A stretch of DNA of 64,000 nt, taken from positions 61,382,001 through 61,446,000 of the forward strand of contig NC_086097.1 of the NCBI RefSeq assembly GCF_963921235.1, written 5' to 3'. Each line of letters starts with the position of its first letter. Position 1 is the stretch's first letter. Shown here one piece after another: positions 23,030 to 37,055 of the stretch. Made by a program: the position numbers and the translations under genes. The DNA is from Mobula hypostoma (lineage: Eukaryota). The notes beneath the pieces are model-generated. The model made no database searches. It saw only the letters and a program-made list of their open reading frames with translations, and was not told the origin of the DNA.

Positions 23030-25460
23030 ACACTGTTGTGTACAGACATCTACTGATGCTTCTGGACACATCTTCAGTGATGTTCCTGGAATCATCGGGT
23101 GTTTCGGGTCTTTCAACATCATACAACATCCTCCTGGTGACCCGGCCGGGGCTGATCAGACCCCAGCTTGTGTCGAGATGGCTAGCTACTTATGACTCCA
23201 TGGCTCCCCTCTTTTGAGCCACAGCCATCTTGAGACCCTCTCTGCGACATCAGTGGTACTGCGGATGGCTCTCCTCTTCCTCTCTCCCTCGATGCCCAAA
23301 ATGCTGAAGGCTGTAGCTAAAGAATAGGTTACGAATCCCCTACAACCAACCTCCACTGGGAGACACCTCGCTCTCCATCCAGCCTGCTGACAGTTGCTAA
23401 CCAGTCCTGCGTACTTGGAGAGCTTCCTTTCAAAGGCCTCTTCCAAGCTATCTTCCCATGGGACTGTCGGCTCCAGCAGCACCACTTGCTTAGTAGACTC
23501 AGACACTAGGACAATGACTGGTCACAGGGTGGTGGCTGTGATATAGTTGGGGAACTTTAGCTGCCCTTCAAGGTCCACCAACAGCTGTCAGTCCCTTGCA
23601 GATGTTCTTCTGGCAGGTATTGGCTGCTCCCCAGCTCTGACAAAGGCAATGGTCTGCTTGGAGGGTCAGGACCGCTTCACCCACTCAACTCCTGCACTGA
23701 TGGCTTCAGCGATAGTCTTCAGGACCTGATCATGCCTCCACCTGTACCGTCCCTCACCAAGTGCCCTTGCACAGCTGCTGAGGATGTGCTCCAGGGTTCC
23801 TCGCTTGGAGCACAGTGGGCAGGCAGATGACTCTGTCTTGCCCCATGTGTGCAGGTTTGATGGGCTTGGAAGCACATCGTACACTGCCTGGATGAGAAAT
23901 TGGATGTGCTGTGGTTCGGCTTTCCAAAGATCAGCCCAGGTCACTTCCCTCTCAACCGCATTCTCCCATCTTGTCCAAGCTCCCTGTTGTTTCATTCCCA
24001 CCGCCTTGCAGGCTCTCGTCTCCTCCACTACTGCTCTCACCTCCTTCTGAACTAGACGATGCCTTTCCTTCCCTCTGGTGTCCATTTGGGGAGTTGGAAA
24101 GGATCCTAGCCCAGCTCGGCCTCGTGTGACCACTCCCACCAGCCTCCTGTGACGTAGCCTCACCTCTGCCTCCTGAACAGCTTCCTCTGCCCTCCACTTC
24201 CTACCAGTACTTACTTGGATCCCTGCTCTAGCCACCTTCGGGTCACTTGAGTCCCTATACTGTAGCACTTCTCTGGCTCTTGTTGCCTTGAATTCTTCCT
24301 CCAAGGATTTGAAGGGCAGTTGCAGTTTGTTGTGGTGTCCATAGAGTGCGATGCTGCTCAGGCTCTTTGGCAGCCCCAGCCATCTCCTGAGGTGGTTGCT
24401 AACCCTCCTCTCTAAGGTTTCGACTGTCGAGATCGGAACTGCATAGATGAGGAGGGGTCACAAGATTCTGGGAAGAATGCTATGCTGATACACCCAGGTT
24501 TTAAACTTCCCAGGTAGGCCAGATTTGTCCACAGATTTCAGCCAGCCATCCAACTCGGTGCAGGTTGCCTGAATGGATGTTGTGTCCCTTAAAGAGCTGT
24601 CAAAAACTTTGCCTAAGCTCTTGACTGGCTTTTCTGTGATGTTTGGGATGGCTGTGCCTGCGATGCTGAACCGGAACTTTTTCTTCACCTTCCCTTTCCT
24701 CAGCACCATTGATCTTGATTTGGCAGGTTTGAAACGCATCTGGGCCCACTCCACCAGCTTTTCAAGCCCTTGCAGGATTCACTGGCAGTCTGGGACTGAT
24801 TCTGTGGTGACTGTGAGGTCATCCATGAATGCCCTGATAGGTGGTCGCTGTTGAGTGGAATTCATTCTGGGCCCTCTGCACTCTGGTTCAGCAGACTTAA
24901 TGAGCATGTTCATGGCTAAGGAGAACAGTGTCACTGAGATAGTGCACCCTGTGATGAAGCCGATCTCCACCTTGTGCCAGGTTGATGTAATTGCTCCTGA
25001 AGAGATCCTCATCCTGAAGTTGCTGTAATAATCAGCGATAAGGTCTCTGATTCTGCTGGAGACGTGATATTTGATCAGTGTGAGCTACACCAGTTTATGC
25101 GGAATGGAGCCATATGCATTTGCCAGGTCGAGCCACAACACTGACAGGTTGTCCTCGTTCTCTCTGGCCTCCCTGATGAGCTGTGTCACTACACTGGTAT
25201 GCTCCAGACAGCCTGGCATCCCTGAAATGTCACCCTCCTGGACTGATGTATCAATATAGGTGTTCTTTGCTAGGTAGGTGCACAGCCCGTTAGAAACGGC
25301 ACTGAAAAAGATCTTCGCCTCGACACACAGCAGAAAGATGATGCGAAACTGACCTATCTGGGTGGCATTTTCCTCCTTCGGGATCCACACCCCTTCAGCC
25401 ACTCTCCACTGTTCTGGGATCTTCCCCCTTCTCCAGAAGATTTTCTCAGGATCTTCCACA
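23030..25460 (-). mobile_element. Hero-like (R2 superfamily, RLE-bearing) non-LTR retrotransposon, 5'-truncated, frameshifted
   Basis: RT WLDLANAYGSIPH, GCTISVTLF and AFMDDLTV; CCHC CPLCSKRGTLEHILSSC plus RYRWRHDQVL; RLE KQVVLLEPTVPWED..ERKLSKY..PVEVGCRGF. Confidence 0.88.
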
Positions 25461-25462
25461 GA

Positions 25463-27580
25463 CGTAGAATAGTACAGCACAGTACAGGCCCTTCAGCCCA
25501 CAATGTTGTGCCGACCCTCAAACCCTGCCTCCCATATAACCCCCCCACCTTAAATGTCTCCATATACCTGTCTAGTAGTCTCTTAAATTTCACTAGTGTA
25601 TCTGCCTGCACCACTGACTCAGGCAGTGCATTCCATGCACCAACCACTCTCTGAGTAAAAAAACCTCCCTCTAACATTCCCCTTGAACTTCACACCCCTT
25701 ACCTTAAAGCCATGTCCTCTTGTATTGAGTAGTGGTGCCCTGGGGAAGAGGTGCTGGCTATCCACTCTATCTATTCATCTTAATATCTTGTACACCTCTA
25801 TCATGTCTCCTCTCATCCTCCTTCTCTCCAAAGAGTAAAGCCCTAGCTCCCTTAATCTCTGATTATAATCCATACCCTCTTAACCAGGCAGCATCCTGGT
25901 AAATCTCCTCTGTACCCTTTCCAATGCTTTCACATCCTTCCTATAGTGAGGCGACCAGAACTGGACACAGTACTCCAAGAGTGGCCTAACCAGAGTTTTA
26001 TAGAGCTGCATCATTACCTTGCGACTCTTAAACTCTATCCCTTGACTTATAAAAGGGAACACCACATAAGCTTTCTTAACTACCCTATCTACCTGTGAGG
26101 CAACTTTCAAGGATTTGTGGACATGTACCCCCAGATCCCTCTGTTCCTCCACACTACCAAGTGTCCTGCCATTTACTTTATACTCTGCCTTCGAGTTTGT
26201 CCTTCCAAAGTGTACAACCTCACCCTTCTCCAGGTTGAGCTCCATCTGCCACTTCTCACCCCACTTCTGCATTCTATCAATGTCTCTCTGCAATCTTTGA
26301 CAATCCTCTACACTATCTACAACACCACCAATCTTTGTGTCATCGGCAAACCTGCCAACCCACACTTCTACCCTCACATCCAGGTCATTAATAAAAATCA
26401 CGAAAATGAAAGGTCTCAGAACTGATCCTTGTGGGACACCACTAGTCACAACCCTCCAATCCAAATGTACTCCCTCCACCACGACCCTCTTCCTTCTGCA
26501 GGCAAGTCAATTCTGAATATACCTGACCAAACTTCCCTGGATCCCATGCCTTCTGACTTTCTGAATAAGCCTACCGTGTGGAACCTTGTCAAATGCCTTA
26601 CTAAAATCCACATACATCACATCCACTTCACTACCCTCATTTATATGCCTGGTCACCACCTCAAAGAACTCTATCAGGCTTGTTAGACATGATGTGCCCT
26701 TCACAAAGCCATGCTGACTGTCCCTGATCAGACCATGATTCGCTAAATGCCCATAGATCCTATCTCTAGGAATATTTTCCAACAGCTTTCCCACCACAGA
26801 AGTACGGCTCACTAGTCTATAATTACCCGGACTATCCTTACTACCTTTTTTGAACAAGGGGACAACATTCGCCTCCCTCCAATCCTCCAGTACCATTCCC
26901 GTGGACAACGAGGACATAAAGATCCTAGCCAGAGGCTCAGCAATCTCTTCCCTCGCCTCGTGGAACAGCCTGGTGAATAGTCTGTCAGGCCCCGGGGACT
27001 TATCCGTCCTAATGTATTTTAACAACTCCTCTCCCTTAATATCAACATGATCCAGAACATCAACCTTACTCATATTGTCCTCACTGTCTTCAAGTTCCCT
27101 CTCATTGGTGAATACTGAAGAGAAGTATTCATTGAGGACCTCGCTCACTTCCACAGCCTCCAACCACATCTTCCCACCCTTATCGCTAATCGGTCCTACC
27201 TTCACTCCTGTCATCCTTTTGTTCTTCACATAATTGAAGAATGCCTTGGGGTTTTCCTTTACCCTACTCGCCAAGGCCTTCTCATGCCCCCTTCTGGCTC
27301 TCCACTTCTTACTTGCTACCTTACATTCCTCAATAGACCTATCTGATCCTTCTTTCCTAAACCTCATGTATGCTGCCTTCTTCCACCTGACTAGATTTTC
27401 CACTTCTCTTGTCACCCATTGTTCCTTCACCCTACCATTCTTTATCTTCCTCACCGGGACAAAGTTATCTCTGACATCCTGCAAGAGATCCCTAAACATC
27501 AACCACATGTCCATAGTACATTTCCCTGCAAATACATCATCCCAATTCACACCTGCAAGTTCTAGCCTTATAGCCTCATA
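25463..27580 (-). mobile_element. CR1 LINE, 5'-truncated
   Basis: ORFs 26507-27550 and 25880-26482: KSPGPD, NYRLVS, QHGFVKG, DFSKAFDKVPH, SGVPQGSVL and FADDTK; 3' tail near 25465-25490. Confidence 0.95.
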
Positions 27581-27584
27581 TATG

Positions 27585-28000
27585 CCTCAAGGTGTTCATA
27601 TATGAGGAGCTTTTGATGGGTCTGGGCCAGTACTCACTGGAGTGTATAAGTATGAGGAAGGAGTATCTCATTGAATCTTGAATATTAAAAGGCCTAGACA
27701 GAGTGGATGTGGAGAGCATGTACCTTTAGTAGGTGAGTATTCTTCCAGAAGGCACACTTAGAATAGAGGGATGCACGTTTAAAGCAGAGATGAGGATGAA
27801 TTTAGCCTTGGATGGCTGTGAAAGCCAAGTCATTGAGTATATTTAAAGCAGTGGTTGATAGGTTCTTCAGTATTCAGGGTGTCAATGGTTATGGGGAGAA
27901 GGCAGGAAAATGGGGTTGAGAGGGATAATAAATCAGCCATGATGGAATGGCAGAGCAGACTTGATGGGCTGAATGGCCTAATTGTGCTGCAATGCATATT
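27585..28000 (+). mobile_element. Degraded CR1 LINE 3' fragment
   Basis: CR1 C-terminal and 3' UTR remnants ending ATGGGCTGAATGGCCTAATT. Confidence 0.7.
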
Positions 28001-28824
28001 ATATTCTTATGATTATGTAATGCTGAAAAGTGTTAGTAAACCTGCTGGTGTCTTGAAATATCACGAATGAAATGAAGTCATTAAAAATCTGGGTTTCATA
28101 CCCTGGTCTGGGTGATATCAGGACATTGTCTGATTTGGTCTACTCCTAAATATTTAGGCAACTGCTTCACAATGGATTCAATAAATATGGTGTAAATAAA
28201 ATTTATTAGATACCCCAGCTACTTTCACCTGAGTACAAGATTTATTATGATGGGTATCAGTGTTACAAATGAGAAACTTATAGGAGCAACAGTTCCTAAA
28301 ATATTTTGTTAACCTCGTTTACAGCAAAAATACAAAAAGCTAATAGATGTTCTTGAACTCAAGAGTTCAGAATGATGCAAGTCATTTTACTAAATCATCT
28401 GCGACCCATTCAATCCATGTAATAATACATTTGGGAGTTACAGGTTTTGTACTTCACCCAGCATTTTATCCCGATGATTCTTCATTAACTAACTTCATAA
28501 ATGAAATGGTGATTTAAGGGTAGTACATCCTTTTTTTTTTACCTTCCATGATTATCTGAGAGTTGAAAATTAGACCAGAATTTTCAAAGAGAATATTAGA
28601 GAAGTGAAGTCATTTTGCTGATAAGGAAATCATCCTCTTAACTCTTAGCCATAGCTGCCCTAATGATTTCCTGAACCCAAATTATAGAAAGAGGAAAAAG
28701 ACAGGGCAGCAGAGTAAGATAACTGGATTCTCAAATTTATTCTTTGAGAGAAGAATTAATAGAATGCAGTCTGAAAACTCGTTTATTTATTACAAGGAGT
28801 TTATCAGTAAACCAGCTGCTGATA

Positions 28825-29200
28825 TTAACATCAAAAGTTCAGAGATTCATTTTATTGTCACAAAGTATGCACATACAATTCAACTCTGATATTCACCTTC
28901 TACAGATAGCCATGAAATACAGAAAAAAATCAGTTTGCTGAAAGAAGACATTAAACTACCCCACATGAAAAAAGAAGACATTAAACTACCCCACATGAAA
29001 AAAGAAGACATTAAACTACCCCACATGAAAAGAAACAAAACTCGTAAACCCCAAACCCCATGTCACCTCCCTCACACAAAAAGACTGAATGATCGATCAC
29101 ATGAGAATCAACAGCTGAAACACCAAACCCACCAACCCCTCCCTCACACAAAAACCAACAGACCAGTCACATGGAAAAGTGCAGCCAGAACTCCAGATCA
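28825..29200 (-). mobile_element. LINE-type 3' UTR fragment, related to 35300-36035
   Basis: Shares TACAGATAGCCATGAAATACAGAAA and CCTCACACAAAAAC..ACAGA motifs with the reverse complement of ~35780-36035. Confidence 0.5.
28941..29030 (+). repeat. Perfect 30-bp tandem repeat x3
   Basis: AAAGAAGACATTAAACTACCCCACATGAAA repeated three times. Confidence 0.97.
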
Positions 29201-31439
29201 TCAGACCATCAGCAGGGATACCAAAGGGTTCATAGATAAACTGTCATTAAACACCATCATCAATTTACTTTTGTATGAAGCATAAATTGTAAAATTGGAA
29301 CATCCTGTTATTTAAATTAGGAGACTGAATCAGAATATACTGTGCAAAAATGTAAGCAAATTTACGTTCTGATTAATTTTAGCAATATTAAAATGTCAAG
29401 CTTGAAGTTTCAATAAGCCGTGAACATACTAGATTTTTAGTTCTTCTATACCCATCCATCAATCATTCACAGTTCTTCACTATCTACATTTCAAAGGCCA
29501 ATGTGTTTAATGATCTACTATATATGCATTTTATTTGGGAAATAATATTTTTTAAAAAGTCTGAGCTGTGCAAATATCATGGAAGAATGATTTTTTCAGA
29601 AAATTTCATTCAAAAGTGCTGGCATCTTTTCTTCAAGATCTGAACTCCTCCGGGATAAGAAAATACTTCATTTGGGTGAAAAGCCTAAAAGTCCCTCTCA
29701 ATAAACTTCAAAGATAAGACTATACCAAATCTGCACTGTGTAACAGGAGAATATATAATATTTTGATATATTGCTGATAGAAAGCTACTGTACCAAGTTA
29801 TGCTTTAGTTCATTTGCTAGATTAGAGTTAAATATGGATGTTAAATCATAGTGTAATTTAGAATGTGAGCAATTTCAGATTTCAAATTAGGTTTTTTTTA
29901 AGGTAGCATTTTCATTGAAACTGATAACATTTGACATGATTTGTATTGAATGTTTGCTTCTTAACTACTGTGGATATCTGATATTACACATTCAATTGTC
30001 ATTTATGAATAAATGTGGAAGATATATCCTAGATGATTGTTATTTGGATTATCTAATTCCCGAACAAAATTACTACCTCATTACCCATCATTCATTGCTT
30101 TAATTTACATTTTTCATACCTTCCTGGATTAAAATGTAATTTGCTTGACCAAACTTTGAAATAAAATCCATCTATCTAATATTTGTGGAGATACACCTCA
30201 GCTGTGTTTTTGTGAACACTTGTAACAGATGCAGCAGCTGGAAGAAGGAAGGACGAGGCATTGCCACAGCAATGCCATCCTGCAGAGGCACTGGATTACT
30301 GATAAAGTAGGCCGTGTGATTCATGAATAGACCTTGAATGAGAGTTACTAGAAGAAAACCAATTGATTTTCAAATCAGGTGATCTCCACACAAGGCTTTG
30401 AGTCAGGAGATTATGCTTTGATACATCATGAAGAGTCCGAGTATATAATTCGAACTATGCTGTACTGAGTTCTGACAGAAATGCTAGAATTTGAAACAGA
30501 TGCAAAATAGGTTTATCGGAATCAAATTAGTGTTTGAGGTCACGTGATACCAATCATGGAGATTTTTAATGGCAATCTCCATAGGTCTCCTAAAATCTGT
30601 CTATTGTCATAAAAATAAAAACAGATTTTTTTTTAATAATCTTTTCAGAACAGCTAAATTCCCAATATAACTGAGATTAAAACTATTCCATGGAAATATA
30701 ACCAGATGTTTATAAAATCCTTTATTTTCTGAATAGTTGGTATATTTATGAACAGTTCACTTGTTTGCCTGTTTACAGATTGCATTTATTACAAACAGAT
30801 TAATGCCTCTCATAATGTGAAAAATTGACAAATATGTTAAACAGTACTATTATCATCACCAAATATATGCTACAAGATAAGAAAAAACATATAGCTAATG
30901 TTGGAATTAGAAGATATAGTCCAATCTCATGCAAAATAATTCAGTGACAAAAGAATTTGTAGCAAACATTGTAGTTTCTACGATTAACTAAATATTCCAA
31001 GCACAATCTTATGAATTAAATAAAAATGTGCCAGTCAATATTTCCATTTTATTATGGAGACATTTTCCCTTTATATCTGAACTCCACTCCAAAAAAAAGG
31101 AGGAAATATGGTATTTTGTATCCACCTGATTGTTATATGACTAAACCTATTGAACAATGAGGCTTTATATAGATCTGGAAATTTAGAAAGCTTTCGTTAA
31201 TCTCCTCAGCATTGTTACCAACAGACAAGTAGAATCTGGAAGTGTCAATCTTCATCATTTCTGCAGGAGGAAATTCTGTAACCCACAACAAAATAGCAAA
31301 GGATTCAGCAAGTGGCAGATTCAATCATTGCCATCCACAGAATGGTTTGCTGAGCCACAGAGTCAAGCTCCTAGTAAAGGTGTGGTTTCACTTTATAGGT
31401 CAAACAATAGCAGATTTATTTGTGTTAAACAGCAGAGAA

Positions 31440-31740
31440 TCAGGTTTAGAGTTCCACACTAATCATGAAGTGACAACCTACACTAATCCCATTTCTCCTT
31501 TTTGCATTCCCATCTTGTTCCCTTCTCCATCTCATGTTACCTGTATTAAGAGAAATTTACATTAGTCAACCCTATACTAATCAGCTAGCATGTGGGGAGA
31601 GAAAAACAGCACACTTGGAAAATTCACAAAGTCACAGGGAGAACATAAAAACTTTGCACAGTCAGTGCCCAAGGTTCAAACCCAGACTGTTGGAATTGTG
31701 AGGCAGAAACATTAAGCTCTGTAGTACTGCACCACCCTCC
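31440..31740 (-). mobile_element. Degraded V-SINE-like element
   Basis: Minus-strand GGTGGTGCAGTAC..GGGTTTGAACCTTGGG..TGCAAAGTTTTATGTTCTCCCTGTGAC. Confidence 0.55.
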
Positions 31741-33208
31741 AAGAACATTAGTGTTTTTATAGCAATCTACCTGTGTTTCCATCATCAGCACTAAGACTAA
31801 CTGTTTGTTCATCCTATTCTAGATTACTCACCGAATTAGAATTACACTGTTGCCATGCGAATATAAATTTTAATGCTGGTTTTAGGATTCCAGTAATCTG
31901 GGTTACTAATTCAATAAATTGCTCACAATGCCACCACTGTGACCTAGGATAGATGACAGGAGACCCAGCTGGAACATGGCACAATTAGTTTGATGGGCAC
32001 AGATTAAAAATCAGTCCCTTCTGAAATGTGAAGAAGACAAACATTTTTTAAACTTCAGTAATCTCATAAAAAACAATCTGCTTTCTCAGACTTCTCCCAG
32101 AGCTAGAAGAAGCAGAGTTAAAGCTGGTTGCACAAACATTTGTGCAGAGACAGTAATGAAGACAATCTTCAGCTAGCTAATATTCCAAAGCCTTCTAGTT
32201 TCTAGTTTAATAATGCATGAAATTTCCCATTGGCTTAACTGAAAACAGGTACAATTCTGATGCTAATATGGGTCTTTCTGGAAGACAGACTTTCAAACTC
32301 ATTTTCTCCTTACTTTGAAAACAAACATAACCTACAGAGTATCTTTCACCAGCAGCCTCTGCCATCAGTATTTTAAGCATATTTTAGAATGGATTTAAAC
32401 ATTGCCATATCTATTTTATGCCTCATGCTCAGAGCAAGACCAAAAATACCCTCCCGCCACAAATTTCATACAAACAATGATAAGGTTACACTTGCTAAAA
32501 AATGTAAAACATTTTCCCACCTTTATAGCTAAGCTTGAGCTAATGTATTCCTTCAACGTGTTTTATCTTTCTTCTCTATAGATTATCGCAATATTTGACA
32601 CTGCAAGGCAGACTTGAGAGTCAGTAATGTGGGAAGATTAGTCCATGAAGCTGCTGTAGAGAAAATGTGAACTAATTATAGTAATCTTAATTACAATCAA
32701 GGTTAAGTATTGTATAGGCATCTGTTTTAATTGCTTACTAATCAATTTCCTGAGGTATTACACACAAAATTAAGGTGAAGTCAACCATGGTAGAAGAGAA
32801 AGAGTCGAGAACTGACAATGTAACAGCAAAGGCCAACAACAATGATTCTTGAACTTAGTTCTTTTTTATAACAAATTAGGCTACACAGTATTGTTATTAT
32901 TTTACAACAATCTAAATAATTATTTTAAAAGGAAATCGTTTATCTAGTTGCAGGAGGCAAAAATCACAGGACTGCAACAAAGAGCAGGAATTGGACTAGC
33001 TGGATTGGCCCAGGTTGAACAGGCTATGTGGCTTCCTGTGATGTATCCATTCCACATTTTTTGTAGATCTTTTTAAAAAATAACTGGACAAGTTTCTTTT
33101 CACTAGCAGAAAGGCATTGAGGTTACTTAACTCTGCACATATACACAAATAAACACAATCAAAATTAAATGAAAGCGACATCCTAGAGCAAATAAACTTG
33201 CTGTGGTT

Positions 33209-33352
33209 AAACACATGAAATGCGGCAGGAACTCAGCAGGTCAGGCAACATCTATAGAGAGGAATAAAGTTTCCAGCTGATAACCTGCTGAGTTCCTCCA
33301 GCATTTTGCATGTGTTACTCCGGATTTCCAGCATCTGCAGAATCTTGTGTTT
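33209..33352. mobile_element. Short Penelope-derived inverted-repeat element
   Basis: GGAACTCAGCAGGT pairs with ACCTGCTGAGTTCC; ends TTTCCAGCATCTGCAGA like 56999-57239. Confidence 0.65.
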
Positions 33353-34517
33353 ATAATTTGCTACGTAAATATGCCTAAGACATTAATTCTTCCTTTTTTA
33401 TTGAGTTATGATTAGAACAATCTGAGCAGTGTTGTAAGACTGCTAGAACATTGTTTGGCTCAGAAATAGTTAAATTAAACATTAACTAACTAAGAATCAT
33501 AATGTTGTAAAGAAAACTCTGAAGATCTCACAGACCCTTTTTAAAACCTCTAGCATAATCTGCTAACTATGACTTGCTTATTCTAACAAGTAAAATGAGC
33601 ATGTTTGTAGTTTATCATAAAGGTCTATCTATTGCTTGTTTGATAAGGTTAATTGTTCCTGGTTACTATGACACTGATATAAGCTCTGCTGCCTATGTTT
33701 GCTGGAGGTGAGTTACCCCTGGAGAGACCTATTGCATTCTACCACACTGTTTGTTCCATATTATACTGCTATTTTGTTTTGTTCCATGACAACTAACAGA
33801 GGTAGTTCAACTGTGATTTCTTAGCTATTTTACATGCAGTGAAAAAGATATGTTAGGTGGAGTGAGAGCATATAGTGGCAATTTTAACCTTTAAGATCAG
33901 TAAGAAAAAAAGTTATATTTGATTAGAGAGAGAGGCAGGAGCATGTTGCCTCACTACAATTTTAAACATGATCATAATATTCAATGGTTTTACTATTGTC
34001 AGGCTATTACAAAAGTGCACCCTGCAGATAACCATTCGCCACAAATTCATCTGCACCAGCATCATAAAAACTAAAAATACATGAAGAGACCAGTTGTTGA
34101 GCATCTTGCTGCAAGTGTCTCACCTCTATTTTCACCATCTGCAAAGTTCAGCTCAGAAAAATGAGAGAATATCATCCACTTGTCTAGATGAATGCAGCTC
34201 CAGTTGCTCTCCATGGCTTTGATAGCATCTGGAACAAATCAACTGGTTTGATTCACATCCCCTTGACCATCCTAAGCACTCAGTCCCTCCACCCACCAAA
34301 GGACAGTAGTTGTAGTGTGTATCATTTACATAATTCAAGGCAATTACTCACCTAGCCTACTCTGACAGTCCCTCCTAAGCTCATGGTCTTTACCACCAAG
34401 AAATATGGGGAAACGGCAACATTCAGTTGCCACCACACAACAGCTTCCCTTCCAAGTCCAACATCATCCTGACTTAGAAATATGTCACTGCTTCTTGTTA
34501 GTTTGTCTTACAAAGAC

Positions 34518-34830
34518 TGGGGGTTCAATCCCAATGTCCAGCATTGCATGTGTGGAGTTTCCACTTTCTCCCTGTGATGATGTGGAGTCCCTCCAGCTGC
34601 TTCAGTCTCCTCAATCCTGAATGTGTACAGATTGGTAAGTTATTGAACTTATCAATTGCTCCTAATAAATAGGTGAATGGTTGAATCTGGTAGGAGATGA
34701 TGAGAACTTGGGAAGAATGAAATATGGGGTTAATATAGAAATAGTATAAATGGGTGGTTGATGGTTGGGGCAGGCTTGTTAGACAAAGAGTTTGTTTCCA
34801 TGTTGTATCTTGGCAGGACTCTATTTATGA
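34518..34830 (+). mobile_element. Degraded V-SINE-like element
   Basis: B-box GGTTCAATCCC followed by TGTGTGGAGTTT..TTCTCCCTGTGA. Confidence 0.5.
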
Positions 34831-35299
34831 CTCAAGTCACTGGTTCCAATTCCTGGCATTCCCTCACAGACAACACATTAGAGTATCTTCAGAAGAAGAA
34901 CTGCAGTTCATGGTGGTGCATCATCATCAGCTTCTGAAGGACAATTAGAGTGGGCATTAAATACCAGTTTTACCAAAGGAAGCCATGTGTCAGAAATTAA
35001 TAAATAAATTAATAAATGAACAAGAACACACCTTTGAAGCCCTCTAGCTAGATAAAGTCCTCACTTCATCTTTTTGAACTGCTGCTGAAATCAGCTGCAT
35101 CTTACATTTTTCAATCCATATACAAAGTGGGTATAAAATCTAGAAAAATAAGTAGTTGCAGTTTCTATTCTCTTATTCAGGGAACTTGGAAATGCTTCCA
35201 AGAAAAAAAGTTTTCCAGTCATGCTGGTGCCAGCAACCAACAATTCCTCAGGCAACAACTTCAAGATAGTTGATCATTTCAGTTTTTCTACATCTTCTA

Positions 35300-36035
35300 T
35301 TTTTTTCATCTTAATTTTGTATTTGAAACTGTTGGAACCTGTGACTTACAGTCTGCAGATTGATTGAATAAGACAGTGCTCTGCTGTCCCTGAGAAATCT
35401 CCAGGAGAGAAATGTGAGCACTAGCTACCATGAGGAGAAGCTCAGAGTCGAGAACATAGGCCACGGATTGACTACATTTCTCGCCAACTTAAAGCATTAA
35501 GGAAGATTGAAACATTGAGGCAAATGTGAAGGAGAGCAGGCGGTTCTCGGAGGGGCTATTGGTTACTGCTCTTAGAGTGGCCACTGATTTGTGTGACTGC
35601 CCTCAGGGGCCTCTGCGTCCCAATGTTATCAAAATTCTGAGATGTATGGATTGGATTGTGGTTCCAACTAACTGTAGTTCATATTGCCCTCTATCAGTTC
35701 TATGATTTTTTTTTCATGTTCTCACCCATTCTTCATGTCAATCAGCAGGCTAGGAGTCTGGGGTTTGATGTTATTGCTGCTGTTTCTCCATGTGGATGAT
35801 CTGTTAGTTTTTGTGTGAGGAAGGGTTTGTGGAGGTTTGGGATTTGTGAGTTTTTGTTCCTTTTTCTTTTCATGTGGGGTGGGGGGATTATAACTCGAGG
35901 ATGAAGGGGGTGGAATTGATGCCTTTCTTTCAACTGCCTCGATGGTTTTCTGTATTTTATGGCTATCTGGAGAAGACAAATCTCAGAGTTGTAATCTGCA
36001 TGCATTCTTTGATAATAAAATGAACCTTTAAAATT
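35300..36035 (+). mobile_element. Degraded LINE-type fragment (3' UTR-like)
   Basis: Ends ATAATAAAATGAACCTT; homologous in inverse orientation to 28825-29200. Confidence 0.45.
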
Positions 36036-36254
36036 CATAAGGGAGATTGGGAAACAGGTCAGAAAATATAATACAGTCTGAAGGTTTCATTTTTTGCCTA
36101 TCAATAGACAGAAGTGGTCTTCTTCAGATTATTCTGCTACAAGAAATTATTTTCCCCAATTATGGACTAGAAATATACTGAAAACAGTAAGGATCTCGGT
36201 TTATTTCCTAGCAATCAGACTATGCAACATATACATACACTTAACTAACTAGAT

Positions 36255-37055
36255 CAACTAGGACGTGGAGCAAGGAATCACAGATGGTATTTGACTCGGA
36301 CAAGTGTTAAGTCTTTCAGTTTGTGAAATGAAATCTGTGCAGGACATACACAGTAAAATCTGATCGGATCCTAGAGGGAATTGTAGGACAAATAGACTTG
36401 GGGTACAAATGCATAGTTCCTTGAAAGTAATGACAGGGTGGTTTAGAAGATGTTTCATATGCTAGCTTTCATCAAACATGACAGTGAGTACAGAAGTTGG
36501 GACGTTATACTACAACTGCACAAGACATTGGAGAAACCGTATTTGGAGTATTGCATCTAGTCTTCAGGAGGGATGTCATTAAACTAGAAAGGATGCAGAA
36601 AAGATTCACAAAAATGTTGCCTGATCTGTAGGAATTGGATAGTCTGGGGTTGTCCTTCCTGAAGCATAAGTGACTGATGGGTGATCTTATAGAGACACAG
36701 GAACTGTGTATAAAATCATGAAGGGCATAGATAAAGTGAATGGTCACTCCTATCCATGGGTAGGGGAGTCTATTACTAGAGAGCACAGTTTTAAGGCGAC
36801 AGTGAAAACTTTAGAAGGGACTTGAAGAGCAAACTTTTGACACAGATGCTCATAGACATATGGACATGCTGCAAGAGGATGTGGAGGCATGTACAATTAC
36901 AACATTTAAAAGACATTTAGACAGCTACATGGATAGTAAAGATTCAGAGCGATATTGTTTATTTCAACTGACAAATGGAACTACCTCAGTTAAACAACTT
37001 GGTCAGCATCAACAAGTGGGGTTGAAGGGTTTATTTCTGTGCTGTATAATTCTAT
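36255..37055 (+). mobile_element. Old degraded CR1 LINE 3' fragment
   Basis: Remnants of KTL..PYLEYC, LERMQKRFTKMLP and TFKRHLDSYMD. Confidence 0.75.

Noticed and set aside
28941..29030. 30-bp repeats as a CRISPR-like array or coding repeat (KEDIKLPHMK)
   Set aside because: No spacers, eukaryotic context; it is a simple tandem duplication inside a LINE-type UTR.
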